Assembly: GCA_036172345.1 (NCBI GenBank)
Contig: JASFBB010000039.1
Location: 1 to 37,383, forward strand
Direction of reading: 5' to 3'
Source of the DNA: Anaerolineae bacterium
GTDB lineage: Bacteria > Chloroflexota > Anaerolineae > 4572-78 > NAK82
DNA length: 37,383 bases
The position numbers and the translations under genes are program-made. Position 1 is the first letter of the stretch. Each line of letters opens with the position of its first letter. The notes below the pieces were generated by a model that saw only the letters and a list, made by a program, of their open reading frames with translations, searched no databases and was not told the DNA's origin. Below are positions 1 through 10,265 of the stretch, piece by piece.

Positions 1-518
1 GCCAGGATGATAGCGGGTTGATTGACGATGGCGCGTGCGATGGCCACGCGTTGTTGTTGGCCGCCGGAGAGCTCATTGGGGCGATGGTGCATGCGGTCGG
101 CCAGACCAACGGCTTCCAGAGCGGCTAAGGCGAGTTCTCGGCGTTTGCGCGGTGCCACTCCGCTGTAAATAAGGGGCAGTTCCACATTGTCCAGTGCACT
201 GGCACGTGGCAGCAGGTTAAAGCTCTGAAAGACAAAGCCGATCTTGCGTCCCCTGATATATGCCAGCTGATCGTCGTCCATCTCTGCGACGGAGATGCCG
301 TCCAAATGGTATTGTCCGCTGGTGGGCGTGTCCAAGCAACCCAGGATGTTAAGCAGAGTCGACTTGCCGGAGCCGGATGCTCCCATAATTGCCAGCATCT
401 CCCCGCGTTGCACTTGTAACGAGACACCGCACAGCGCACATACCTGCACCGATCCCATCTGATAGGTCTTGACCAGATTGCGCGCATCAATCAATGCCTG
501 CGCCGATTGTTCCTCCAT
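1..518 (-). CDS. ABC transporter ATP-binding protein, MacB/LolD/YknY family (3' end beyond left edge)
   Basis: Manual translation from ATG at 518: [22 protein letters not shown]...GASGSGKST (Walker A)...[11 protein letters not shown] (Q-loop)...[24 protein letters not shown] (ABC signature, entering Walker B). Not in the ORF track because it has no stop in the window. Confidence 0.93.
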   Translation of the reverse strand, partial: MEEQSAQALIDARNLVKTYQMGSVQVCALCGVSLQVQRGEMLAIMGASGSGKSTLLNILGCLDTPTSGQYHLDGISVAEMDDDQLAYIRGRKIGFVFQSFNLLPRASALDNVELPLIYSGVAPRKRRELALAALEAVGLADRMHHRPNELSGGQQQRVAIARAIVNQPAIIL

Positions 519-524
519 CGCCTC

Positions 525-2090
525 TCAATCACCTGAGCGGAAAAGACGTTGCAGTTGTTCGCGGCGTGAGATCTTGCGGACCACTACACGATCACCTTCT
601 TCTAAACCTTGCTGTACATGACTGAGCGTTTCGCTGCGTAACCCCAATTTGATCTCCACCGGAGTAGTAAGTCCATCTGCTTCCACCTTCTCGACAAAGT
701 ACCGAGGCTCTCCGCGACTGCGATCAATGCTGACGGCGCGGTTGGGGATGAGCAGCACATTTTCCAGCCGCTCGACCTCAATGGTGGCATCGGCGCTCAA
801 CCCCAGCAGCAGCTTTGTTTCGGGGTTGTCCAAGCCGATGGTCACCTGATATGAGACCACACCACCGGTGCCGGCGGAGGTCGAACGCGGTGCAATTTCG
901 GCAACATGTCCCTCAAATCGGGTATCCGGGAAAGCATCTACTGAAATGGAAACCTTCTGACCAACACGAACACGCCCTATATCCACTTCGTCCACTTCCA
1001 CGGTGATCCGATAGGCGGAGAGATCGCTGAGCACAACCCCTTGCGCCTGACCCGGTGTAGAATTTTCACCCACTTTGAGGTTGCTCTCGGTCACGAGGCC
1101 ATCTATCGGTGCCACCAGTAAAGCGCTCGCCAGATTAACCCGCGCTTGTTCCACGGCGAGCTGCGCGGCATCGACCGCCGCTTGTGCGATGGCGACCTCA
1201 ATAGGGGACGGTTCCCGCAGCAAACGATTTAGCGCTGCTTGAGCCTGTGCCAGTTGGGCTTCAGCTGCTTTTTGTTCAGCCTGCGAGGGCCCGCGCACCA
1301 GTCTATCCAACGCCGCTTCCGCCTGTGCCACTTGCGCTTCGGCCGCTGCGATGTCTGCTTCGTCAGCCCCTTTGGTTGCTAGCAAGTAATTGGCCTTCGC
1401 TGCTTCGTAATCAATGGTGGCTTGTTCCAGCTGGGCGGCTTGTGGCGATGCACCTACATCGCCGCGGTAGGAGATTTGATCGTAGGCCCACTGAGCTTGT
1501 TTGAGAGCGATCTCGGCACGTCGCAGTTGTGCTGCGCGCACGGTGATCTCATTCTCGTCCAGGCCTTTGAGCACGCGTCGCAAGTTGGCACGGGCGCTGG
1601 TCACCGCCGCCTGTGCCGAATCAAGGTCTTTGGGGTTCGGGGGTGCCTGGAGCTCTTCCAATTGCGCTTGAGCCCTTGCCACCTCCGCACGTGCTGCCGC
1701 AACGTCGGCCTCATCGGGCGGTTCATAGAGCTGCTCCAGCTGCGCCCGAGCGCGCGCCAGCTCCACTTCGGCGCGCCGGATTGCCAGCTCCAGATCATCG
1801 GTGCGCAACCGCGCCATCAATGTCCCCTTCGTGACACGTTGCCCACGCTCCACGAAGACTTCTGCCACTACGCCGCTGATGCCGAACTCCACACGCACCT
1901 CATTCTGAGGTTCAATACGGCCGGAGGCGTTGATCGTGCTCAGGATCGTACCACGGCTGATTGTGATCACCTCTTCCACTTCCGGATCGCGCGCAATGTC
2001 ATATGGCGCCGGGTTGAGAAGCATCCAGCTTGCCACACTGACGCCGACGATCAGAACCAGAATACCGCCTATCTTGATGAAACGTGCCAT
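525..2090 (-). CDS. HlyD/MacA/YknX-family periplasmic adaptor (membrane fusion protein)
   Basis: N-terminal TM segment; lipoyl-like halves (GVVAEVFVERGQRVTKG...APIDGLVT); long Ala/Gln-rich coiled-coil hairpin; beta-barrel VDEVDIGRVRVGQ; C-terminal GLEEGDRVV. Confidence 0.92.
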   Translation of the reverse strand: MARFIKIGGILVLIVGVSVASWMLLNPAPYDIARDPEVEEVITISRGTILSTINASGRIEPQNEVRVEFGISGVVAEVFVERGQRVTKGTLMARLRTDDLELAIRRAEVELARARAQLEQLYEPPDEADVAAARAEVARAQAQLEELQAPPNPKDLDSAQAAVTSARANLRRVLKGLDENEITVRAAQLRRAEIALKQAQWAYDQISYRGDVGASPQAAQLEQATIDYEAAKANYLLATKGADEADIAAAEAQVAQAEAALDRLVRGPSQAEQKAAEAQLAQAQAALNRLLREPSPIEVAIAQAAVDAAQLAVEQARVNLASALLVAPIDGLVTESNLKVGENSTPGQAQGVVLSDLSAYRITVEVDEVDIGRVRVGQKVSISVDAFPDTRFEGHVAEIAPRSTSAGTGGVVSYQVTIGLDNPETKLLLGLSADATIEVERLENVLLIPNRAVSIDRSRGEPRYFVEKVEADGLTTPVEIKLGLRSETLSHVQQGLEEGDRVVVRKISRREQLQRLFRSGD

Positions 2091-2202
2091 TTTTGACTGT
2101 TCCCGATACCCAACGGGGAAAGCAACTCATGTGGTGTAACAATAGAGACCTGTTGCGCCGTAAGCGGCGCCGGTTCTGCACCTTGATAACCGACCCGCGG
2201 GG

Positions 2203-2937
2203 TTATCCGCCGCCAAGGAGCATTGTCGGCACCATCTGCATCGCCAGCCCAAGCACTATATAGCTTAGTGTCAGGAAGACAACCATCCCACGGCGCATCT
2301 GCGCAGCGGAAAGACCAAACGCTACCAGTATGACATGCCAGAGCCAAAACAAGTCGAGGTTGCCCAACAGAGCGAAGAGGGGATTACGGCTGTCCTGAAC
2401 CAGGTTGCTTGTTGCCACCAGTGCAGAGATGCCAGGATAACGTACCGCCCGTCCGGCTGCCATTGTGAACCCGGCTTGAGCTAGCCAGCTGACGGCATAG
2501 GGCAAGCGGCTCCATACACTGAGACGCCACATCCTTCCAAAACCGATTTCTCCACCCAAGATGAGCGCCCCCAGATACAGCCATAATGTCTGGCCGGCCA
2601 AACCAACCAACAGACTGAAGAAACTCCCAAGCAGTGTGCTCGCTATCAGTACAGGCGCCGTAGTGAAGGTTTCCATTTGAGCAGCTACCTCTCTGCGTTG
2701 TTCCTCGGGCAGCTGCTGGAGCTGTCTCTGGAGCTGGTGCTGCGCCAGCTCTTTGTTGTAGGGTGCCTGGACGATAGCCAACGGCACGGAGGAAAGCAAT
2801 ATGAGCAACAGCGGTATCAACCAGATGGCTGTACCACGCCACCCCGACACCACCTGTAACGTTTGCCTGGGCTGATCCACGATCGCCCTCAGCAGAGTGA
2901 TAAGCGACGGACGTGAATCCACAACAGTGCTGCTCAT
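2203..2937 (-). CDS. Yip1-domain membrane protein (YknW-like)
   Basis: About 5 hydrophobic segments with the typical 'P..T' N-terminus and 'LDLFWLW' near the C-terminus; lies upstream of the MFP and ABC ATPase genes. Confidence 0.75.
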   Translation of the reverse strand: MSSTVVDSRPSLITLLRAIVDQPRQTLQVVSGWRGTAIWLIPLLLILLSSVPLAIVQAPYNKELAQHQLQRQLQQLPEEQRREVAAQMETFTTAPVLIASTLLGSFFSLLVGLAGQTLWLYLGALILGGEIGFGRMWRLSVWSRLPYAVSWLAQAGFTMAAGRAVRYPGISALVATSNLVQDSRNPLFALLGNLDLFWLWHVILVAFGLSAAQMRRGMVVFLTLSYIVLGLAMQMVPTMLLGGG

Positions 2938-3111
2938 CCCGTTTCTTTCACCCTCTTCAGAATACTGCGTTTGTTAGACCCTATGGGTTCATTCTACATT
3001 GGGGGAGCTGCAATCACAAGAACGAAAGAGGTCTACTTGTGGGCCTTCTCACAACGGATATAGGCAATTGTGAGTGGTGTGTTGACCCTCACAGCGGAAG
3101 TTCTGGCGGCT

Positions 3112-3139
3112 TTGACCATCACGACAGATTTGTTACAAT
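3112..3139 (+). promoter_or_regulatory. Putative sigma70 promoter for the P-type ATPase
   Basis: TTGACC (3112-3117), 16-nt spacer ending in TGn, TACAAT (3134-3139). Confidence 0.5.
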
Positions 3140-3232
3140 CTCTTCCAGGTTGAAAGGCAGAAGACATTCCTTGTTGGGCGAGGGGACGTATTTGTGTTCA
3201 GCTGACATAATCGCGAAAGGGAAAGAGACATT

Positions 3233-6013
3233 ATGAGCGACTGGCATCGTTTGGACGTGTCCGATGTGTTAGCCCATTTCCAAACCGATCCTGATAATGG
3301 GTTGACTCAGGCGGAAGCCGAGCGGCGTTTGCGGGAACATGGTCCCAACGAACTCATCGAGCGTGGGCTGAAAAGTCCCTGGCTGATCCTGTGGGAACAA
3401 CTGACAGCCCTGATGGTGCTCATCCTGATCGTCGCGACGATCGTCTCCGCCGCGCTGGGCGACTACAAAGATGCGGCTGCCATCGGGGCGATCATCGTGC
3501 TGAATGCAGCTCTGGGGTTCATCCAAGAGTATCGCGCCGAAAAAGCGATTCTGGCTTTAAAGAAGATGGCGGTGCCGCGCGTGCGGGTACGTCGCGATGG
3601 GCATGTGCAAGAGATATCTGCCCGCGCCCTGGTGCCAGGAGATATCGTCTTCCTTGAGGCAGGAGCTCTGGTGCCGGTTGATGGACGGTTGATCGAGAGC
3701 GTCAACCTGCAAGTTCAGGAAGCCGCTCTGACAGGCGAATCGTCCCCGGTAGAGAAGGTAGTGAAAGCACTCCCGGATCCACATCTGGGCCTGGGTGACC
3801 GACGCAATATGGTGTATATGGGGACGGTGGTCACCTATGGTCGTGGTACAATGATAGCCACCGAAACGGGTATGCATACCGAGCTGGGGCGCATCGCCGA
3901 TATGATCCAAGCAGTCAAACAGGAACAGACACCCCTGCAGCGGCGGATGGACCAGCTCGGACGTGGTCTCGCTATTGCGGCACTGGGGATCGTGGCATTG
4001 GTGTTCTTCTTGGGTGTGTTGCGTGGGGAGGATCTGCGGCTGATGTTTCTCACGGCCATCAGCATGGCAGTAGCCACAGTGCCTGAGGGGTTGCCGGCGG
4101 TGGTGACCATCGCGTTGGCGTTAGGTGCGCAGCGCATGCTAAAGCGTCGTGCTCTTATTCGTAAGCTGCCTGCCGTGGAAACGCTCGGCTCAGTCACAGT
4201 GATTTGTTCCGATAAGACCGGCACATTGACCGAAAATCGTATGGCGGTTACCGTGCTGGATGTTGCCGGGCATACGATCAACTTGATGGAAATGCTCGAA
4301 CGCAAAGGCACTGTATGGGCGGATACTGCCCATACGCCTCATACAGAACCAGACGCTGCCCTGCGCCTTGTCCTGACTGGCGCCGCGCTCTGCAACGATG
4401 CTGTTCTAGAGAATGTGGGTGGTGGAACCGGAAATCTGCATGCGGTGGGTGATCCTACTGAGGGCGCCTTGCTGATCGCGGCGGCTCAATTTGGATTGTT
4501 AAAGCCTGAGCTGGAGCGTACGATGCCACGTGTTGCCGAGGTGCCTTTCACTTCAGAGCGCAAGCGCATGAGCGTGGCAGTACAAAACCTCCTTCTGGGT
4601 AGGACGAGGATAAAGCAAGATAATCCAGCATCGTTCGATCTACAACGTTATGGATTGGAGAGCACCCCTTGGATCATTTTCAGTAAAGGGGCTGTGGATA
4701 GCCTGCTGGAAGTATCCAAGCAGGTGTGGGCAGAGGGAAAAGTGCAGCCGCTGGGTCCGGAGTGGCGCCAGCGCATCATAGCAGCGAATGACCGGTTAGC
4801 TCAAGATGGGATGCGCGTTCTGGGAGTCGCATTTCGACCTCTCAATTCTCTGCCGGAAAACGGCGCTGTGGATGAGCTGGAGTGTGACCTGATCTTTGTG
4901 GGGCTGGTCGGGATGATCGATCCGCCACGCCCTGAGGTCAAGGACGCTGTCCATCTCTGTAAAACGGCCGGCATCCGGCCTGTGATGATCACCGGCGATC
5001 ACCCTCTGACCGCACAGCATATCGCCCGTGCGCTGGACATCGCCTCCGATGGCCGTGTGTTGACCGGGCAAGAACTTGACCAAGTTTCATTAGAAGAGCT
5101 GAAAGCTATCGTCGAGGAAGTGCCGGTTTACGCGCGCGTCTCGCCGGAACACAAGCTTAAGATCGTTGAGGCGCTGCAGAGCAGAAATCATATTGTGGCG
5201 ATGACAGGGGATGGGGTCAACGATGCTCCAGCGCTTAAGAAGGCCGATATCGGGGTCGCAATGGGTATCACCGGCACCGATGTTTCCAAAGAAGCTGCCG
5301 ATATGGTGCTCTTGGACGACAATTTTGCCACTATCGTAGCCGCTGTGGAGGAAGGCCGTACCATCTTTGACAACATTCGCAAATTTATCAAGTACACGAT
5401 GACCTCTAACGCAGGCGAGATATGGGTGATGTTGTTGGCCCCTTTCCTAGGTATGCCGCTTCCTCTGTTGCCCCTCCAGATCCTGTGGATCAACTTGGTC
5501 ACGGACGGCTTACCTGGGCTGGCTATGACGGTGGAGCCCTCTGAGCGGGACGTGATGCGTCGCCCACCCTATCCGCCTCGAATGCACATTTTTGCACGCG
5601 GATTGGGCCACGACATCATCTGGGTGGGGCTGTTGATGGGCTTCGCATCCTTGGCGCTGGGCTTCTGGGCATGGTATGCCGGTCATATGACCTGGCAAAC
5701 GATGGTATTCACCACACTGACTTTGTCTCAAATGGGCAACGCACTGGCTCTCCGCTCCGAGCGCGATTCGCTGTTCAGCATTGGGTTGCTCTCGAATAAA
5801 GCGCTGCTGGCTGCCGTTCTCCTCACCCTCGTCCTGCAATTGGCCGTGGTGTACGTTCCGTTTTTGCAGGGGATCTTCCACACCGTTGCGCTGCCTCTGG
5901 AAGATTTGTTGATCAGCCTGGTACTGAGCACGGTGGTCTTTTGGGCAGTAGAACTGCGGAAGTGGTGGTTGCGCCGTACTGCCCCTAGCACTGTGCCACG
6001 CCCTGTGTTATGA
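3233..6013 (+). CDS. Cation-transporting P-type ATPase, type IIA (probable Ca2+-ATPase)
   Basis: LTGES, PEGL, DKTGTLT phosphorylation site, [22 protein letters not shown]5 SNAGE, TM6 INLVTD. Confidence 0.95.
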   Translation: MSDWHRLDVSDVLAHFQTDPDNGLTQAEAERRLREHGPNELIERGLKSPWLILWEQLTALMVLILIVATIVSAALGDYKDAAAIGAIIVLNAALGFIQEYRAEKAILALKKMAVPRVRVRRDGHVQEISARALVPGDIVFLEAGALVPVDGRLIESVNLQVQEAALTGESSPVEKVVKALPDPHLGLGDRRNMVYMGTVVTYGRGTMIATETGMHTELGRIADMIQAVKQEQTPLQRRMDQLGRGLAIAALGIVALVFFLGVLRGEDLRLMFLTAISMAVATVPEGLPAVVTIALALGAQRMLKRRALIRKLPAVETLGSVTVICSDKTGTLTENRMAVTVLDVAGHTINLMEMLERKGTVWADTAHTPHTEPDAALRLVLTGAALCNDAVLENVGGGTGNLHAVGDPTEGALLIAAAQFGLLKPELERTMPRVAEVPFTSERKRMSVAVQNLLLGRTRIKQDNPASFDLQRYGLESTPWIIFSKGAVDSLLEVSKQVWAEGKVQPLGPEWRQRIIAANDRLAQDGMRVLGVAFRPLNSLPENGAVDELECDLIFVGLVGMIDPPRPEVKDAVHLCKTAGIRPVMITGDHPLTAQHIARALDIASDGRVLTGQELDQVSLEELKAIVEEVPVYARVSPEHKLKIVEALQSRNHIVAMTGDGVNDAPALKKADIGVAMGITGTDVSKEAADMVLLDDNFATIVAAVEEGRTIFDNIRKFIKYTMTSNAGEIWVMLLAPFLGMPLPLLPLQILWINLVTDGLPGLAMTVEPSERDVMRRPPYPPRMHIFARGLGHDIIWVGLLMGFASLALGFWAWYAGHMTWQTMVFTTLTLSQMGNALALRSERDSLFSIGLLSNKALLAAVLLTLVLQLAVVYVPFLQGIFHTVALPLEDLLISLVLSTVVFWAVELRKWWLRRTAPSTVPRPVL

Positions 6014-6076
6014 TGGAGGGAAAGTAGTCAGGCCAAAAGACAAGCGGGATTAGATACTGTAATGAAGGGGTTCGAG

Positions 6077-6607
6077 ATGGCTAATAGGGTGACGGACATC
6101 CATTCCTCGCGCATCACGGTAGATGCACTTGGCCGGCCTGGAGAGCGCGTTTTTCTATTACAAGCCAGTGAGGGCAATTCCACCTTCACCTTCAAAATCG
6201 AGAAACAACAGGCGGCTGTGCTAGCACTGAGCATCGACCGTATGCTCGAGGAACTCGCCCAGCGTTTCCCACGTGAGATATCCAAGCTGGAAGAGCCGCT
6301 CAGCTCCGACTTGATGTTGCGTGAGCCTTTCGAGATAGTGTTTGTGGTTGGACAGATGGGGATGGGATATGATCGCTCCGAAGATGCCTTGGTGCTCGTC
6401 CTGCAAGAGCTGATGGTGGAGGAAGGAGCAGAAAAGGGGGCACGGGTGGCGCGTATTTGGGCCTCGCGCGCGCAGATGAAAGCCCTCAGCCGCCAAATCA
6501 AAGAGGTGATCAGCCGCGGACGCCCTATCTGTTCCATATGTGGTCAGCCGATCGATCCTGATGGTCACTTCTGTCCGAGAAGCAATGGCCGTGAGCGTGT
6601 CCACTGA
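6077..6607 (+). CDS. DUF3090 family protein
   Basis: 'G.PGERVFLLQA', 'IEKQQAAVLA', 'FVVGQMGMGYD' and C-terminal GRPICSICGQPIDPDGHFCPRSNG. Start placed at ATG 6077, downstream of AAGGGG; 6062 is the alternative. Confidence 0.85.
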   Translation: MANRVTDIHSSRITVDALGRPGERVFLLQASEGNSTFTFKIEKQQAAVLALSIDRMLEELAQRFPREISKLEEPLSSDLMLREPFEIVFVVGQMGMGYDRSEDALVLVLQELMVEEGAEKGARVARIWASRAQMKALSRQIKEVISRGRPICSICGQPIDPDGHFCPRSNGRERVH

Positions 6608-7388
6608 GCAGGGATTGGAAGCACACTTCCCGCTGGGTAGCGGGCAAGCAAGTGCTCCGCAGGTATTGAGCGTGCGCCAAGTGCTGGAGCTCTTGCAACA
6701 CGGCACAATGCACGAGGTGCACGGACTGATGCCTTGGAGCTCCAATTACACCTTCCTGGTGACTGTGCAGCACCAAGAGACTGAATTGCCCGCCGTGTAT
6801 AAGCCGATTCAGGGTGAGCGTCCGCTTTGGGATTTCCCTCACGGCAGCTTAGCACAACGCGAGGTTGCCGCCTTCTTGGTCAGCGCGGCGCTGGGTTGGC
6901 ATCTCGTCCCGCCGACAGTGTTGCGCGATGGCGTCTACGGCCCGGGCGCCGTCCAGCTCTTCATCGAGCACGATTTCGAAGAGCACTATTTTACGATGCG
7001 CGAACGGCCGCCCGAGGTTTTCGCCCGCATCGTCGCCTTCGATGTGATCACTAACAATGCCGATCGCAAAGCCGGACACGTTCTCCGCGACCGCACCGAT
7101 CGCATTTGGGTGGTGGATCACGGCCTGACTTTTCACGTCCAACCCAAACTGCGCACGGTGTTGTGGGACTTTGCCGATCAACCGTTACCTCCTGACGTTC
7201 AGGAGGATTTGCACCAGCTACTCAAGGCGTTGCGTGACTCAGAAAGCGCTCTGGTGACTCAGTTGGCGCGCTTGATCAGTCTGCCGGAGATCGCCGCATT
7301 TCGGGGGCGCGTTACCCAGCTGCTGCGTGCCGGGCGTTTTCCGCTTCCCAGCGGTGGCCGACGCTGTGTGCCCTTCCCGCCGGTATAG
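6585..7388 (+). CDS. SCO1664-family PI3/PI4-kinase-like protein
   Basis: SNYTFL, VYKPIQGERPLWDFP, REVAA, NNADRKAGH catalytic loop, VDHGLTFH, KLRTVLWDFA. Overlaps the DUF3090 stop. The exact start is uncertain. Confidence 0.85.
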   Translation: MAVSVSTEQGLEAHFPLGSGQASAPQVLSVRQVLELLQHGTMHEVHGLMPWSSNYTFLVTVQHQETELPAVYKPIQGERPLWDFPHGSLAQREVAAFLVSAALGWHLVPPTVLRDGVYGPGAVQLFIEHDFEEHYFTMRERPPEVFARIVAFDVITNNADRKAGHVLRDRTDRIWVVDHGLTFHVQPKLRTVLWDFADQPLPPDVQEDLHQLLKALRDSESALVTQLARLISLPEIAAFRGRVTQLLRAGRFPLPSGGRRCVPFPPV

Positions 7389-7423
7389 GAGGGCTTCTTC
7401 TCTCGGGCAGTGCGCTTGAGTCG

Positions 7424-9880
7424 CTACGCAGTCTCCACTCCGCCTTGCGATCTCAGCAGGGCCACGGCAGCGACCGTGTCCCCTTCGCGCAGGCGCATTG
7501 CCAATGTACCTCGCGTGTTGCGTCCCTGCCGTGCGATTTGTATGACCGGCAGGCGTAACACCATACCTTCTACCGAGATCAGCGCGATCTCATCTTGTTC
7601 ATCCACAACACACAGACCGACGATCGGCCCTGTCTTGGTGAGCGCGTCACGGCTCAGGGCACGTACCCCGACGCTGAGACGCTGCCGGGTGGTATATTCG
7701 GCCAAGGGGGTGCGCTTGGCATAGCCGTGCGCTGTCACGATCAGCGCGTCACAATCGTTACGCACGATGTCGGCGCCGGCGATAGCATCGTCTACGCCCA
7801 GACGCATGACAAGGGGACCGGCCGCTTGGCGTCCCATCGTGCGCACATCGGAGACCGCGATACGCAACGCCATGCCGCGCTGGGTCGCCAGGATGAGCTC
7901 GTCTGCCTCACGCGTCCACTTCACCCAGCCCAGCTCATCCTCTTCCTCTAGATTGATGGCGATCAGACCTGTGGAACGTACCAAAGCAAACTCTGCCAGG
8001 GGCGTGCGTTTGATCCGTCCTCGTCGGGTGACCATGGTGAGATGACCCGATGCATCGAGCCTAGGCAGCGCCACGGCTGCCGTCACACGTTCATCCGGCG
8101 CGATGTTGATCAAGTTGATCAATGGGATGCCCTTGCCAGTGCGGCTTGAATCGGGCACACGGTACACTTTCTCGGCATAGACCTTGCCACGATCGGTGAA
8201 ATATAAGACGGTGTCCAGCGTGCTGGCGGTAAACAGGAGTTGCACAGTGTCCTCATCTCGTGTGACCATTCCGGTGACGCCACGACCTCCGCGGGATTGC
8301 GCACGATACGTGTTCACCGGCACCCGTTTCACATAGCCACGTCGGGTGATTGAGATGAGCACTTCTTCGTGCGCAACCAGGTCCTCTTCTTCAAGCTCTT
8401 CTGCAGCGTCCACGATGATTTGTGTACGCCGCTCGTCGGCATATTTCTCTTTGAGCTCCAGCACTTCCTGTCGGATCACACCCAATATCTTGGCCGGATC
8501 GTCTAATAGCTCTTGGAGGTGGGCAATCGTCTGTTGTGTTAGGGCATACTCCTCTTCGAGCTTTTGGCGCTCTAACGCCGCGAGCCTCCTGAGCTGCATA
8601 TCCAGGATTGCCTGGGCCTGAACCTCGCTGAACGCAAACTGTTCCATCAACCGATCGCGTGCTACGTTGGCATCGGGCGACTCGCGGATGATCGCGATGA
8701 TCCGATCTAAATTGTCCAACGCGACTAAGAGCCCCTCCAGGACATGCGCCCGCTGACGCGCGCGGTTCAGTTCGAACTCAGAGCGGCGCGTGACCACTTG
8801 CCTTCGGTGTTCGATATACACCTGCAAGGCGCGTTTGAGTGACAGGACACGCGGTTCACCGTCCACCAATGCCAGCACGTTGACGCCAAAAGTGGTCTGA
8901 AGTGGTGTATACTTGTAGAGCTGATTGAGCACGGCGTTGGGGTATGCTCCGCGCTTGAGTTCAATCACAATGGAGAGACCATGGCGATCGCTCTCATCGC
9001 GCAGGTCGGCGATGTCCTTGATCTTGTCCTCACGCACTAGCTCGGCAATGCGCTCCACCAGCTGCGCTTTGTTCACTTGATAGGGAATCTCGGTGATGAC
9101 GATGCGATGCCGGCCGCCTTTCATCTCCTCGATGCGCGTCACAGCGCGCATCACGATGCGGCCCTTACCGGTGCCATATGCCTGTTCGATCCCCTCGCGC
9201 CCGAGGATCAACCCACCTGTGGGAAAGTCGGGTCCTTTCACGAAGCGCATCAGGTCGGCGACGGCGATGTCATCGTAATCCTGGTAGTGATCTACTAGGT
9301 AGGCAATTGCGTCGCAGATCTCTGCCAGGTTGTGGGGCGGGATGTTGGTCGCCATACCGACAGCGATGCCAGAGCTACCGTTCACCAGCAGGTTGGGCAG
9401 ACGTGCCGGAAGCACTTGGGGCTCTTGCAGCGAGGCGTCAAAATTGTCCACCCAATCCACTGTGTCCTTGTCGATGTCCACCAGCATCTCTTCGGCGATG
9501 CGTGCCAATCTGGCCTCGGTGTAACGCATGGCAGCGGGGCTGTCGCCGTCGATCGAGCCGAAATTGCCCTGTCCGTCCACCAACGGATAGCGCATGGAGA
9601 AATCCTGAGCCATGCGCACCATCGTTTCATAAACGGCTGCGTCGCCGTGGGGGTGGTATTTGCCGAGCACCTCGCCGACAATACGGGCGCTTTTCTTATA
9701 GGGAGCACTGGGGCGCAATCCCATATCGTGCATGGCATATAGGGCGCGCCGATGCACTGGTTTAAGCCCATCGCGCGCATCCGGCAGAGCACGGGCGACG
9801 ATAACGCTCATGGCGTAGTCCAGGTAGGCCACGCGCATTTCGCTCTCGATATCGACCTGACGAACCGTTCCAATGTCCAT
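7424..9880 (-). CDS. gyrA: DNA gyrase subunit A
   Basis: [41 protein letters not shown] (catalytic Tyr), GyrA-box QSRGGRG, beta-pinwheel CTD. The start is ATG at 9880 ([12 protein letters not shown]), not 9991. Confidence 0.96.
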   Translation of the reverse strand: MDIGTVRQVDIESEMRVAYLDYAMSVIVARALPDARDGLKPVHRRALYAMHDMGLRPSAPYKKSARIVGEVLGKYHPHGDAAVYETMVRMAQDFSMRYPLVDGQGNFGSIDGDSPAAMRYTEARLARIAEEMLVDIDKDTVDWVDNFDASLQEPQVLPARLPNLLVNGSSGIAVGMATNIPPHNLAEICDAIAYLVDHYQDYDDIAVADLMRFVKGPDFPTGGLILGREGIEQAYGTGKGRIVMRAVTRIEEMKGGRHRIVITEIPYQVNKAQLVERIAELVREDKIKDIADLRDESDRHGLSIVIELKRGAYPNAVLNQLYKYTPLQTTFGVNVLALVDGEPRVLSLKRALQVYIEHRRQVVTRRSEFELNRARQRAHVLEGLLVALDNLDRIIAIIRESPDANVARDRLMEQFAFSEVQAQAILDMQLRRLAALERQKLEEEYALTQQTIAHLQELLDDPAKILGVIRQEVLELKEKYADERRTQIIVDAAEELEEEDLVAHEEVLISITRRGYVKRVPVNTYRAQSRGGRGVTGMVTRDEDTVQLLFTASTLDTVLYFTDRGKVYAEKVYRVPDSSRTGKGIPLINLINIAPDERVTAAVALPRLDASGHLTMVTRRGRIKRTPLAEFALVRSTGLIAINLEEEDELGWVKWTREADELILATQRGMALRIAVSDVRTMGRQAAGPLVMRLGVDDAIAGADIVRNDCDALIVTAHGYAKRTPLAEYTTRQRLSVGVRALSRDALTKTGPIVGLCVVDEQDEIALISVEGMVLRLPVIQIARQGRNTRGTLAMRLREGDTVAAVALLRSQGGVETA

Positions 9881-10037
9881 AAGGGATTCCCTGACCGACT
9901 GGATTAGAGCGTAAATGTATCGCTCTGATAAGGATACTGTACCAGAGCCTCCGCATGAGGCCAAATTGTAGGTGCGTAGAATTTTCAACAATTTGCAAAC
10001 AAAGTGAAACCTGGCGGTCGTTTTCAGTTAGAAGGTT

Positions 10038-10240
10038 GGCGATTGAAATCGCGCTTAGCGGACGTGCCGCCAGGTGTGCCCCTACGAGGACGCTTGTCCG
10101 CGCCACGACGCTTATCCGGGCCGCGACCGTGAGGGAGCGGTTGGGGGGCCACTTGCTGACGCGCGCGGCTCGATTTGACTCCGCCCGTGCCGGCGGTCAG
10201 TCGGTCGGCTGTGGCCCTCAGAGTGATTTCAATCACTCTC
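10038..10240. repeat. REP-like dispersed element (family A) carrying a nested family-B insertion
   Basis: Terminal palindromes GCGATTGAAATCGC (10039-10052) and AGAGTGATTTCAATCACTCT (10220-10239) are mutually inverted. 10043-10093 matches the reverse complement of 24220-24270 at 36/51 nt ungapped, and 10200-10237 matches the reverse complement of about 24159-24196. Confidence 0.7.
10112..10178. repeat. REPIN-like element (family B), copy 1
   Basis: Inverted REP pair GGGCCGCGACCGTGAGGGAGCGG ... CCACTTGCTGACGCGCGCGGCTC. About 54/65 identical to the reverse complement of 14782-14846. Confidence 0.8.
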
Positions 10241-10265
10241 GGTAACCACGTTTCACATTAATTGA

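Noticed and set aside
2938-3232. yybP-ykoY (Mn/Ca) riboswitch ahead of the P-type ATPase; also a CTCACAA-N13-TTGTGAG inverted repeat at 3048-3074
   Set aside because: The conserved GGGGAGTAGC core is not found on either strand. The 7-bp inverted repeat is too short to support alone.
9881-9991. N-terminal extension of GyrA in the ORF track
   Set aside because: Homology begins at MDIG (ATG 9880); the upstream frame is AT-rich promoter-like DNA.
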